A stretch of DNA of 64,000 nucleotides from Lama guanicoe (lineage: Eukaryota): NCBI GenBank assembly GCA_013239625.1, contig MU054323.1:8359220-8423219 (forward strand), in the 5' to 3' direction. Positions 35,701 to 48,861 of the stretch are shown here, piece after piece. The position numbers were made by a program, and so were the translations under genes. Under the pieces are notes generated by a model. That model made no database searches. It saw only the letters and a list, made by a program, of their open reading frames with translations, and was not told the DNA's origin. Position 1 is the first letter of the stretch. Each line of letters begins with the position of its first letter.

Positions 35701-36804
35701 TGTGTGAACATATGACCCAATCTCTTCCTCCTGGGGGGTCAGTTCGAGGATAAGGAGTGTCAGTATGACCAGCCCATTTCTAGAGACAAGAGAGAGAGAA
35801 AGCAGCACCCCCCTCCCCCCGCCCCGTGCAAATGCCTGGGAAACAGAGGAGAGAGGCAGGTGGCTTCAGAGAAGGACTTCCTGTCCCTAGAATTCCAGCA
35901 TCCCATTCTTAACTCCTATTTCCCTGACTTTGGAGACCTCAGCTAAGTATGCATAAGATGTTCATGAGACATGAACACCTGGCTGTTTTCAGCATAGCCT
36001 CTCCAAATTGCAGGCATAAACCAGACAAGTTTCAGTATTCTCAGTGCACTGCATGTTTCCACCAATGAGAACAGTCACCCAGCAAGGCAAGTGTGCCAAT
36101 TGGCCAAAATTAGATTGAGGACTTGGTGTAGGCTTCATCTGTGGTACCCCTACTTCTCCCTGTCCTTCTGCCCTGGATAGCTGAGAATTCTCCCTCCTTA
36201 ATAATAGCTCCTCTGACACAGAATTCAGCTCCAGGGAACTGTAGGCCAAAGGCCATGACAACTGTGGACAAATCTCTGGGGTAAATTAGGACTTAGATAA
36301 ATATTGAGAGCCAGAGAGTTGGTATTATTAGAAAAGTGAATGTAAGACCCAATCTCTTTCTGGTGTAAAAACTAACCAAATTCTGATAGAATTTGATCCT
36401 GTTCATACATTTTTGTTTTCTGAGCTATGGGAAAATATTTCAGAAAAGTCTTCTAAGACTATTTCACAGGAGCCTGAAGGAGAACAATAATACAGGAAAT
36501 CTTTGTCAATGTGAAAACCTGTAGGGAGAAGTTGGTGTAAAATGAAATCAAATGAGAATAACAAGTAAGAGGGTGTTAAATTTCCTTGCACTGTTAGTGA
36601 ATAAATAAGAAATAATTTCAAGATCAATTTGCCTTAAATTTTTAATATGAAGATGAAAGGGTCAAATACTATGGTATGAATCTTTTTTTTTTTTTTTGCT
36701 ATGGTATGAATCTTTAATGAACTTTGATATTTAGGTACAAAAGCAGACACATATACTTCAAAAGAAATTCATGGAAGAATACTCTTTATGATTTGTTCTA
36801 TTTC

Positions 36805-36919
36805 TTTTTGGGGGGTGTAATTAAGTTTATTTATTTCTTTATTTTTAGAGGAGGTACTGGGGATTGAACCCAGGACCTCGTGCATCATGCACTCTGCCAT
36901 TTGAGCTATACCCTCCCCC
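36805..36919 (-). mobile_element. tRNA-Ala-derived SINE (vic-1-like)
   Basis: GAGGTACTGGGGATTGAACCCAGGACCTCGTGCAT...TGAGCTATACCCTCCCC, with a small deletion in the anticodon region. Confidence 0.88.
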
Positions 36920-37982
36920 TTTTGTATTTCAATCTTTGAAATTTCTTCAGTTTAAAATAAATGGACTTAACCATAGCGTCCTCTGAGCCCCTCACACCCT
37001 CCCATCAATCACAGCCCAGTTTTGTGCTTGTTGCCTTGCCTCCTCCCACCTGGACTCCCTCCTTACAATCCAGACTCAGGCAATGTACATAGGAGGGAGA
37101 GCCTGGGTTTGAGCCAAAAAAGCCTGGTCTCAAATCCCAACTCTGCCATTTTCTGTCCGTCTATCCTTAGGCGACTTACTTTTCTCACAGGGGCTCAATT
37201 TTTTCATATGATGGGGCTTCCATGAATTAATATATGTATAGCGCTGAGAGTAGAGTCTGGCATCTGGGAAATGCCCGATAAGTGTGGTCACCATTCGCAC
37301 CATCAGCATAGTCTCCCTCTAGAAGGTGTGTCCACAAAGGCAACATTTTGATACCCCTGTTAATCTTTCATCCCAACCAGGGCAAGCTGCTGTGGGGTAT
37401 CAACAGTAAGAACAGAAAGAATGATTAGGACCCCTTTCTGAAACTCCCACTCTTGCAAAAAGTAGGAATAACTCTATACTGACTCTGAGCCCTTTAAGCA
37501 CAACTGTTTTCAGCATCTGAAATCCTACAGGGTTAAGTATGTTCCAGAGGAGCTTTGACCCCAGGTTTGCCAAATCATCCCTGTAGATAGAGTTGGCCTG
37601 GCAACTCACCCTGCTCCTACACCATCTAAAGGAACAATGAAGCATCCATAACGGGTGAGATGCTATCATTTCAAGGCTGTTCTGTTCTTGGTGTAGGAAA
37701 GAGTGATTGTGTTTGGTTGATGGCAAATTGTTGAGAATAAAGATATCTCACGTTTTCCAGCTAAGAAATAAACTTGGTAGCACAGAATTACTTATTTAAC
37801 AAACACTTTCAAAGCACTTATTCTGTGCCGTGTGTGGTTCTTGTTCCTATGAGCTAAATACAATCTAGTTCTACAATACTGTTGTTATCCCATTTTACAG
37901 CTGAAGCAATTGAGGTACAGAAACCACCCAGCTAGGGAAGTGGCAGAGCCAAGCTTTAAACCCCAGAAGTCTGCTGAGAGTC

Positions 37983-38369
37983 TATATAAGTCGGGGTTTC
38001 TCCAGAGAAAGAACCAATAAGGATTGGCTTACGTGATTGTCGGGGCTGGCAAGTCTGATGTGCGTAGACAGGCCAGCAGACTGGAAACTCTCAGGTGGGA
38101 ACTGAAGTTGCACGGACCCTGTAATGGTTAGTCTTAAGGCAGAATTTCTTCTTCCTCTGGGAATCCTTAGTTTGTCTCTTAAGGCTTTTCAACTGATTCT
38201 ATGTGGCCATCCCACATTTTCAAGGAAAACCTCCTTTACTTAAAGTCAACTGATTGTAGATGTTAACCACATCTATAAAATACCTTCCGAGCAACACATA
38301 GAGCTTTGTTTGATTGAGTAACTGGCTACTACAGCCTAGCCAAATGGACACAAAAAACTAACCATCACA
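37983..38369. mobile_element. MLT2-like solo LTR (ERVL)
   Basis: Starts TATATAAGTCGGGGTTTCTCCAGAGAAA, has internal TAAAGTCAACTGATTGTAGATGTTAACCACATCTA and ends AACTAACCATCACA. Flanks GAGTC/GGGTC resemble a 5-bp TSD. Confidence 0.8.
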
Positions 38370-41300
38370 GGGTCCTTGCTTTTAAACACTATCCCAAGCT
38401 ACCTCACTTGTTGGGTGTAAGGTTTGTAATAAACTTAAGAGTTTAGCAATGGGCTATTCCATTACAAAATGGTGCTCCTTACCTTGTTTAAAATAGAATT
38501 TGGCCCTTTTTTTTCATCCATGTAGCTTCTAGCACAAAATACTGCTCAGAGCAAGCATTCAATGGATAATACTGAAGGAATGACTTATTGAATGATTAAG
38601 ATGATATTTTACAGGATTTTCCAGCCATCGAGACCTCTGGCTCTCCATTTAAACTTAAAATCACATGGCTTAAGTGAAGTTGAGGTTTTATGAACGACTA
38701 GATTCTCTAGATTCAAAGTGGGAGAATATCTGCATTCTGAATTGGGTGTTGTGTCCCTCCTCACCCCCTAACATCCGGCCCTTTTCATTGGCTCTGCAAA
38801 GTTTTTTGAGTCTATCACTGCCGCAGCTTCTTGTGAATGTGTCTCCGTACACAGTAGCAGAGCCCAGGACTCGGTCACACCCTCTTTGTGTCACTTCAGT
38901 GTCCATAGACAGGCTTTTCCTTTGTTAATTTCAAATACCCCATGGGCTCCCCCGAATTTCTCAGGCCTTGGGTCTTTATTCTCCCTGCTTTTGTCTGGTC
39001 CTGTCCTTCCCTTTGTCCTTCCCCAGAGCATGATCCACTATTGATGGCGAAGTCGCCTCCTTTCTTGTTTTTAGCATTTCAACCGTATTTCTGCCTTTGT
39101 GGATTGATATTTTCATTCTGTTATAAAATCCAAACATAGCCCCCGATTTTTTCATTTAATGTCTTTTTGCTCCTGTTTCCAACAGATGTGAAACGCAACT
39201 TTAATGAAGTTACTTGGAATGTGTTAAGTTTGGCATGTTGCCCGGTATTTGGGCTACACACATAAAAAATGGTGACTTTGGGGGACTGAGGGTGTATTTT
39301 TTAAATATTTGTATTTTCTAAACTTTCTAGTGAAGTGTAACAGCTAAAGTATACAAATCATTAAGTGTGTAGCTTTAATTAGTTTTCCCAAACTAAATAC
39401 AGCCATGTAATCAGCATGTGAGCAAGACACAGATTACTGGTACCCCAGATCCCCCTTGTAGTAACTACTCTTCCTCCAAGTTCACAAACCACCATCAGCA
39501 TGGATCAGCTTTGCCTATTTTTGAACTTTTGTACAGTTGGAATCATACAGTGGGTACGCTTTCACCAGTGGCTTCTTTTGCTCAGCGTTATGTTTGTTGC
39601 ATTTTATATGTTAATTTTCATTGCTATATAGCATTCCCTTGTGTAAATGTACTACAATTTATTTATCCATTATGTTGTTAATGGCCATTTGGGTAGTTTC
39701 TAGTTCATGAATAGTGCTATTGGGAACATTCTATTACATGTCTTTGGGTGGATGTATATGTGTTTCTCTTGGGTATATATTTAGGAGTGGAATTCAGGTC
39801 AGGGCTATGCATGTGTTGTATTTTAGTAGACTGTGCCAAATAGTACAATAAATGGTGAAATTGGGGGGAAAAAATGTCACTCCCAAGGCATGCAATGCTG
39901 TGATTCAACTGTTTTTCAGAAGTCCTAAAGGCTGGCAAAATTTTGTGTCTTGATCTTATTCTTATTCTTCAGTTAAAAAAAAATAGATCTTAGCCATGTC
40001 TGATTCCACAGTAGCAGAAATGAACATTTTTAAATGGATGGCTGTGCTTCAGCCTTGGTCTGGCTACAGCAACTTTCTTACTCTTGTTTCTAAGGGAAAA
40101 GCTGAGAATCAGATTATAATTGCAACATAGGTCCAAAGATCATTCCAGAGATATCCTGTCAGCCTTGAACAAGATTAACAAGGGATTTTTATTCGGCTGT
40201 TTTATTTATTGTATTAGGTCAAAATAACAATTTTGAATTGTGTAATTTCTGTGGCTTAAAAAAATTCCTCAACAAGTGTCCGTTTGGAATCACAAAGTTC
40301 AGATTTCTTATTTGGGGATTAGAATTATAGCATAAAGCTCATTTTTTTGTGGGTTTCTAAAAAGACTTAAAATGCACATGATTTTTACAATGGGATTATA
40401 ATGGAATAAAACCTCTGCAACTACTGGAAAACAATAAAGATGAGACACATAGATACGAGCAGTAGCTTCCGGATCATGGAGATGGGCAAATGCACTTCCT
40501 CTCCATGGCTGGTCTTCATTGTTGGCCCAGGAAAGATGGCAGCCATCAACATGGCCAGTGTAGATCAAGGGCAGAGATTTAGGCACAGTTATAGGATAAT
40601 GGGAATGAAACCTTTGCCACCAAAGAAGCGTGATGGGGCAGTCATGATTTCCTGAGCTGGCTGGTTTTTCCTTACGAGACCCATTCACTGCCCAAGTTGT
40701 TCCCCAGAAAGAATTTTTTCCTGTTATGTTTGGTACTGGTCCTCATACAAGCAAGTGAGGGAATTCAGATTTATCATTGCTTTCAAACTTAGATGTACAG
40801 CTTGAACTCTGAGTCCCTTAAGCACTTAGATATTTCATATCTCTTTTCATAGAAGACTTAATTTTGTACTTTAAACTGTATAATATTCCAATATTTAACT
40901 GATTGTAAGACCACTTATAGACCATTTTGCTAATACAGCTAATGTAATGCCTGCTTGTTTCATGAAACCCTTGTCTGTACACTCACATAATTTTTACAGA
41001 GTTGTAAACACAATATGGATACTATTCTGTATTTTGTTCTTTCATCTGACATTAGAAGAAGACTTTTCTGTGTCTTTGCCTAATTCAGAAATGTAAACTT
41101 TTAAATGGATGCCTACCATTTCACTAGAATGTACTATATTTAAACATTTACTTATTGATGAACATTTGGATTATGTCCAAGTTTTAAAATTTTTAATACT
41201 GTTTACATCTTTGTGAACATCACATACATGATTTTATTACCCAGCTGATAATATGTTTTTGAGAATTGAGATCCCCTTAAAAAAAGGTTTTGGTGCGGGG

Positions 41301-41879
41301 GATGCAATTTTACTCATAATGCTTGGTAGTTTTCACATAAAGAGAAATGCATAAATACATGTTAATGCCTTGAAAGGCATAATAACATGTTGCAGAGTTC
41401 CTTGATCAGAGAATGCTTTCTAATGAGTCTTAGTTGGCAAGTTGGTCATCAAAAAATTTGTGTTAATACAGGAATAAAATTGTCTGAGATAATCAGTCAT
41501 TTAAAAAACAGAACCTGCAATAATAACTTGGAGGGCAAAGGACTCCAAGTGAAACAAATTTTACCAGTAAATTCTACAAAATTGCATTGTCTCTTAATAG
41601 CAGGTAGCACCAAAATTTGACCATTGTGAAAGAAATTAAATGGTCTCCAAGTTTTGGAGAGATGAAACAGTATGAGAAGCATCCAATACTTAGTTAAATT
41701 CTAAATATCTGCCAGTAGAATGCAAATATCCAGAAACTAGCAATCAATGTTGGAGCAGCCTGGCAAGTGAGAGAGAGGTTTACTAACCATCAGTACCCAC
41801 ACTTAAGTTGCACTGAGCTGTTATTTGAGATGGGCTTGAACCTCCTCTCACGTGTCTCTGGGATGTGTGCAAGGAACAG

Positions 41880-42110
41880 TGCAATTTCCAGGAAGGAGCT
41901 TGCACATAAGAGAGAGGTGGGGTTTGAATCCTGACTCTGCTACTTCCCAGGCATGAGAGACCTTGGACAAAGTCATTTAATCTCCCCAAGCCTCAGTTTC
42001 CTGATGATTTAGAAGGATGCTAATATCTTTCTCATAGATTTATGAGGAGGACTCAAGGGATAACATGCCCAGAGCCTGGCGGGCTGTGGTAAGCACTAAG
42101 TAAGTGGAGC
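41880..42110. mobile_element. MIR SINE
   Basis: GGTTTGAATCCTGACTCTGCTACTT...ACCTTGGACAAAGTCATTTAATCTC...GCCTCAGTTTCCT MIR core. Confidence 0.75.
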
Positions 42111-42149
42111 TAATAGTGTCTCTTGGTACTAAAGTTAGGTGCTTTGAGA

Positions 42150-42238
42150 GGGGTGGGTATAGCTCAGCGGTAGAGCACATGCTTAGCATGCACGAGGTCC
42201 TGGGTTCAATCCCCAGTACCTCCATTAAAAATAATAAT
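42150..42238 (+). mobile_element. tRNA-Ala(AGC)-derived SINE (vic-1-like) with TSD
   Basis: GGGTATAGCTCAGCGGTAGAGCACATGCTTAGCATGCACGAGGTCCTGGGTTCAATCCCCAGTACCTCCA plus an A-rich tail. 19-bp TSD at 42131-42149 and 42239-42257 with 2 mismatches. Confidence 0.9.
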
Positions 42239-43699
42239 AAAGTGAGGTGCCTTGAGATAAATAAAGGTATATTACAATATTGTCCAAGTACATGACTGTC
42301 AAATGAGCACGCTGGACAATAGGGTAGCTGGTGCAGAGGTAACAGAGCACACCGGAAGTTCAAAGTGGCTCGGTTCCCTCCTCTGTACAATGAGATGGAG
42401 ACCAGATGCTATCTGGCAGCTCTGATGTTCTGTGACAGCCACGCTGTGTTGCTGCTGAGACTGTCACGATTCCTTACCAGGTAAAACCAGCAGGCTTACA
42501 GTTCAGCACTATCTGTTGAAATTAAAAGTGCACACACCCTTTTACCCAGCAATACCACTTCTAACAATTTATCCTAAAATGTACAAGTATATGTGCACAA
42601 TGAAAAACAGGAAGGGGTATTATTGCAGCATTATTTGTATTAGCGAAAAATTGGACCCAACCTAAATTCTCCTCATTGGAGAGCCAGTTAAATACATTAT
42701 GATCCATCCTTACAAAGAAATATTAGGCAGCCATTAAAAATTAGGCAGATAATTTCTGCTCTGATATAGAACAATCTCCAATATATATTGTTGAATAGGG
42801 AAAAAGCAGGCAAAACAATATTTAATGGATGCTGCTATTTATGTGAAATAAAATATATACATATATACTTAAATTGCACAGTCATCCTTGGAAGGAAATA
42901 CAAGAAAACCTACGATGATGCTGGTCTTTGGAGAAGGACTGGGGAACTGTTCACTATTTCTATGGTTTTAAATGTTTATCATGTATGTATTTTACCTGTT
43001 TAAACGATAATAATTTGGCAATCCTGGCTGGCTTGGATTACGTATTAGGGACTCGAGAACACTCGAGAAGGGTACAGATCTCAGCCCCATGCTCATGGCT
43101 TATGTTCTCAAATGGATCCCCAGATGGAGGGACCCCTAAATAAGCCTGCAGAGTAGGGCTTTCCAGCCTACTAAACTGACAGAATGTGTAACACATTCAA
43201 AACAGAAAGGCTTTAGGGCCCGGAAGTGAAGATGACACGTTACTACTGACTCCCAAATACATTGCTAGCATTTTCCCTTTTAGTCATTTTCATTCAGGGA
43301 AATTTAGCTTAAATCTTAGGATGCAGAAGGTTAGAAGCGCTCAGGGGGCATCATGAACTCCGTGCATGTGCTCATCCCTTCATCCCTTCCTTCATGGAAC
43401 GGGTGCTTACTGAGTGCCTGCAGCGGGCTGGGTGTCATCATAGGATACTGGGCCTGGAAAGAACCTTACATGACATTTAATCACTTCACAGAGGAGGAAC
43501 CTCCGGGGCAGTTTAACTTCCAGTGAGCTGTATCCAGTGCAGACAGTTTCCGGTAATTTTCCCTCTTTGTTGTCAAATGACACGTTAAAAGACCCCTGGA
43601 TTCTCCTGCAGAGTTAATTCGTTTGAGTAGTGTTCCATTCTGCTTTGCATTCTGGTTACTTGTGGGCATGTTTTCTCTGTAAGGACAATGAAGACAAAC

Positions 43700-44150
43700 T
43701 CCTGGGTTCACTCCCTTGTGTGAGCCCTTCCTATGACTTGCTTTTAACCAACAGAAGATGGCAAAAATGATGGGGATGTCATATCCATGACTATCATGTG
43801 ACGTAAGACCCCATTTTACTGGCAGACTTGCCCTAGAGACTCTCCTGCTGGCTTGATGGAATAAGTGGCTGTGCTGGGAAACCCCACTTGGCAAGAAATT
43901 GGATGGCCCTGGAAGCTGAGTGGCCTCTAGCTGGAAGGCTATGACCATAAGCAAATGAGTTCTGTCAACTACCTGAGTGAGCTGGGAAGGAGTTCTTTGC
44001 AGTCAGATCTCCAGATGAGAACATAGCCCGTCTAAAACCTCAGTTGCAGTCAGGCTGTAAGCAGAGAACCCAGGACTCCTGACCCACAGAAAGTGTGAGG
44101 TAATAAATGTGGGTTGTTTTAAGCTAGGTTTGTGGTAATTCTTTAATTAC
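43700..44150 (+). mobile_element. MaLR solo LTR (MLT1-like)
   Basis: TGACTTGCTTTTAACCAACAGAAGATGGCAAAA...CCTGACCCACAGAAAGTGTGAGGTAATAAATGTGGGTTGTTTTAAGC is typical of MLT1. Confidence 0.75.
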
Positions 44151-47109
44151 TACAGGGGCACCTCTGTGTGTGGAGGTCCAGCAGAGTGGGGCAGGGCGTT
44201 CTGCCCAGATTGGTGGGGAGGCGGGCAGGGATGGAGCTCCGCAGAGGAATTCACTAGAAAGCAATTGTGGGGGTGGTCCACACTCCATTAAGTGGCCCTT
44301 TTCGATGTATGCAACCTATTCCGGAAGTTGTTTCAGCCCGTCCTCGGTTGTTTTTGCTGTTGTGCTTTGTTTGGTGGTGGGAGGGTACTTGTTGAGGGCA
44401 CGTTCCCCTGTTGGTTCCCATGCCCCATGAGATCTGGCACATGCCCTCTGAGGGACTCTCCTTAGAAGGAAAGGAGGGGGTCCCCTTCCCCCTCCACCGG
44501 TAGTCATCTTCGTCTGAAGCCACCTGGGAGCCCAGCCCCTTCCCACTGTCACCGAATGTGCCCTCACTTCACACGAAGCCAGCTGCCTGCATTCCCCTCG
44601 GCCCAGCCCACCCCCTGCTCAGCTGGGCCACCGCCTCCCCTTCACGCCCTTTACCAGGATCCACCTCCAGAAATGGTCCCAGGCTGCTGGCATCCCCACC
44701 CCTGTTTATGTGTTTATGCTGTTTATGTGTTTATGTGTTATGTGTTTGGTTTCTGCTGCTGACCAGGAGCTCTGGGGACAGTCTTGACACTCACTGCCTG
44801 CCAGAGCTGTTCCCCAGATGCCTGTTTCTTAACTTGTGGATCACGCTGGAGTTTCCATTCTTCCCTAAGCTTGCCCTGGGGGCTTAGCCTGAAGCACCTG
44901 ATGCAAGTTTGAAATATCTTTTGAAGTCTTTTATCAGCATTATTCAGATACAATATACATACCATAAAGTTCACCCATGTAATGGGTACAATTCAATGAT
45001 TTCACTGTCCTCTAATTTTAGAACCTTTTCCTCACCCAAAAAGAAACCCCTTACCCCTAAGTCACTTCCCATTCTCCTCCCCAACTCTAGCTCCTGCAAC
45101 CACTAATCTGTTTCCTGTCTCTACAGATTTGCCTATTCTGGACATTTCATATAAATGGGATCATATGTGGCCTTTTGTGATTGTTGAAGCCTCATTTTTT
45201 TTACTCTTAAAAAAATAATGCAATGTCTGCACTCTAGTTTACAAGATACCTTTTTTTTTGTTTTGATATAAAGTTATAAAGAATTTTGGAAATTACAGTT
45301 AAAATGTTGAAGCCCACCAAAGTGCTCCAGGAAGACCTGCCCTGTTTGCCCCAAGGCTCACTCAATGCCACAGTCTTTGGACCCAGTCTCAAAGGGCGAA
45401 CCTAGATGTCTAGGTGTCATCTAGGTGTCTTTCTATAAAAAGCAGGTAAATATCCAAAAGTAGGATTATTTAGTAGATGGTTAAAGGGGAAGATGATTAC
45501 CATTCTCCAAGCATGTGCCGCTAGCCAGGTACCGTGTTTGCATTGCATAGAGGTACAGAAGAGGGAGGAGCCAGCCTTGAAGACTGTGTAACTGGCAGTG
45601 AGGTGGCCAAGTGTATAGCATGACTAATGTAGGGCAGGGCCCACAGGCTGTGAGAATAATCCTGGCCCTTAAGATATATCAGCAGTCTTCCTTGACTGGT
45701 GTCCAGGCAGGATTTGGAAGAGGACATTCAGGCAGAGAGATGGGTGTGAAACTGCAGGATGAGGCCAAGGACGTGGAGGGATCTGCTTGGCTGGTGTGTT
45801 CAGCTGCAGTTAGAGGAGAGAGGCTTGGGCAGCAGGGGAATGGGGACAGGCTGAAGGTGGTTTTAGGGGCAACTGAGCACATCCTCACTTCCTCCCCTTT
45901 AGCGTGCTCAGGGAAGTAACAAGGGAGGATGGAAAAGGAGGAGATCTTTTCTTTATCTGCAGGAATTGACATAGACTCACTGTTTCCCTGGGCCCCCAGA
46001 CCACCCTTAGCGATTTTCTTCCCTGATAAAAATCAATGACGATACAATGATGAGTTTCAAAATATAGTTCATGTATTGTGTGTATGTTTAAGGAGATCGT
46101 GTGCATAAATGCAGTATGCTTTTTAAGCCTGTATTACAATAATCTCTTGTTTCTTCTTTGAGAACCTTTGTTCACGTGCTTCATGCTCTAGATGGTCAAT
46201 AAGCAGCACAGAAAACGTGGTCTTTCCTCCTAGGATTGTAGAATCCTCTGTTCTCAGTTAGGATGTGTGGAAAGGTTTTGTTTTTTGGTTTTAGGTTTAT
46301 TGTGAGCTTGGAGTAATCAGAGAGTTTTTTGTTTTTTGTTTTTTTTGGTAAGACTTAATCATAATCAGTATGGCCATTGAGAAAGACTCTATAGGTGAAG
46401 AGACCGTCCAGAGCCTGGGAAACATAGCTCAGGGCTTCTCTCTTTGTGTTTTCCCACTTCTAAGTAGTAGTCAACAAATTGAACATTTGCGGGGCCCTGT
46501 GCCAAGGACAACACAGATGTTAACACAAAATACCTATAATGCAGTCTCACCCCTCCGGCGACCACAGACTGAAATACTAGCAGAGAGGCAGAGGCTTGAG
46601 ATTCTTGAAGACAGGGATTCTCCAGTACTCATTTTGAAGCCCACCATCCAGGATGGTGAAGGGCACCTAGAGGGCGTCTGTCTACCTGGTGGGTGATGGA
46701 CATGTGGGTTGGCCAGACAGAAGGTAAATAGTGTGACAAGGATAGCCCAAAAAGTGAGCTATCTGAACCCCGTTGTGTCCTCATTCATTGCAGTGTTGCT
46801 CTGAGGTTTAGAAATAAAGCTCATCTGGTACCATGTGTGGCACATACAGGGGCTCAGGAAATTTGACTGACCTTAAAGGACGGATAGGTTGTTTTTGCCT
46901 TGGTGAAAATGATTTTATTGCTTCCCCCACCCCTGGTTTTATAAATAACATGTGTTCACTGTGAAAAATGTAAACAATATTTAAATGTGTAAGAAAGAAA
47001 ATAAAAGTCACCTGACATCTCACAACCCTAAGACATTTGCATTTTGGTGACCTTCTTTGATGCATCTCATTATGTAGACACACCCACACACATAAGCCTA
47101 TTCTGTTTT

Positions 47110-48404
47110 TTGGGGGGTTTTGTTTAACATTTTTTATTGGTTTATAATCATTTCACAATATTGTGTCAAATTCCAGTGTAGAGCACAATTTTTCAGTTAT
47201 ACATGAACATATATATATTCATTGTCACATTTTTTTCTCTGCGAGCTACCACAAGATCTTGTGTATATTTCCCTGTGCTATACAGTATAATCTTGTTATA
47301 ATCTATCTATTCTACATTTTGAAATCCCAGTCTATCCCTTCCCACCCCATCCCCTTGGCAACCACAAGTTTGTATTCTATGTCTATGAGTCTGTTTTTGT
47401 TTTATATTTATGTTTTGTTTTGTTTTGTTTAGATTCCACATATGAGCGATCTCATATGGTATTTTTCTTTCTCTTTCTGGCTTACTTCACTTGGAATGAC
47501 ATTCTCTAGGAGCATCCATGTTGCTGCAAATGGCGTTATGTTGTCGGTTTTTATGGCTGAGTAGTATTCCATTGTATAAATATACCACATCTTCTTTATC
47601 CAGTCATCTGTTGATGGACATTTAGGCTGTTTCCATGTCTTGGCTATTGTAAATAGTGCTGCTATGAACAGTGGGGTGCAGGTGTCATTTTGAAGTAGGA
47701 TTCCTTCTGGATATATGCCCAGGAGCAGGATTCCTGGGTCATACGGTAAGTCTATTCCTAGTCTTTTGAGGAATCTCCACACTGTTTTCCATAGTGGCTG
47801 CACCAAACTGCATTCCCACCAGCAGTGTAGGAGGGTTCCCCTTTCTCCACAGCCTCTCCAGCATTTGTCATTTTTGGACTTTTGAATGATGGCCATTCTG
47901 ACTAGCGTGAGGTGATATCTCATTGTAGTTTTGATTTGCATTTCTCTGATAATTAGTGATATTGAACATTTTTTCATGTGACTATTAATCATTTGTATTT
48001 CTTCCTTGGAGAATTGCTCGTTTAGGTCTTTTGCCCATTTTTGGATGGGGCTGTTTGTTTTTTTCTTATTAAGTCATATGAGCTGCTTATATATTCTGGA
48101 GATCAAGCCTTTGTTGGTTTCATTTGCAAAAATTTTCTCCCATTCCGTAGGTTGTCATTTTGTTTTATTTATGGTTTCCTTTGCTGTACAGAGCTTGTAA
48201 GTTTAATTAGGTCCCATTTGTTTATTCTTGCTTTTATTTCTATTGCTTGGGTAGACTGTCCTAGGAGAACATTTTTGAGATGTATGTCAGATAATGTTTT
48301 GCCTATATTTTCTTTTCGGAGGTTTATTGTATCTTGTCTTATGTTTAAGTCTTTGATCCATTTTGAGTTTATTTTTGTGTATGGTGTGAGGGAGTGTTCT
48401 AGCT
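47110..48404 (-). mobile_element. Young 5'-truncated LINE-1 with an open ORF2 C-terminus and perfect TSD
   Basis: The ORF at 47429-47992 encodes the ORF2 C-terminus, including the CCHC knuckle [18 protein letters not shown] and the ending ...SLICGI*. Perfect 13-bp TSD CCTATTCTGTTTT at 47097-47109 and 48405-48417. Confidence 0.95.
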
Positions 48405-48595
48405 CCTATTCTGTTTTAATTGTTGACAATTTTCTTTCTTTTTTTAAAAGAATTAGATTTTCCTCCTCCCCCATTTTTCTCTTATCCATTCCTCTTCTCC
48501 AACTAAATACCACCACCTCACCCTTCGGTAACCACTGTAAACAAACAGGGGTGCTTTCACCCATATTTTACTCCATACACATTATTGTGTATAAA

Positions 48596-48643
48596 TATAG
48601 ATAGACAGATAGGTAGATAGACAGACAGATATAGATATAGATA
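48596..48643. repeat. (AGAT/AGAC)n microsatellite
   Basis: Directly visible ATAGATAGACAGATAGGTAGATAGACAGACAGATATAGATATAGAT. Confidence 0.8.
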
Positions 48644-48861
48644 TTTTTCAGCCTTGTTCGTTTTACTAGAATAGGATCCTTTTATTTCTGTGTGTGTAGA
48701 TGTCATGGGTACATGTACTGGATTTCTATTTTGGTAAAATATGTATCATCTACAACTTGCCTTTCTTATTACATCTTGGAAGAAGCTTTAAGCCAATTGA
48801 TATGGATGGATCTAAGTTTTAAAAAATTGCATGATATTCTATGACATGGATAATGTGATAT

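Noticed and set aside
42150..42224. Apparent tRNA-Ala(AGC) gene
   Set aside because: It has an A-rich tail, a 19-bp TSD, an anticodon-stem mismatch and three sibling copies in the window, so it is a SINE rather than a tRNA gene.
48041..48604. 187-aa hydrophobic + strand ORF
   Set aside because: Antisense reading of L1 ORF2 running into flanking DNA.
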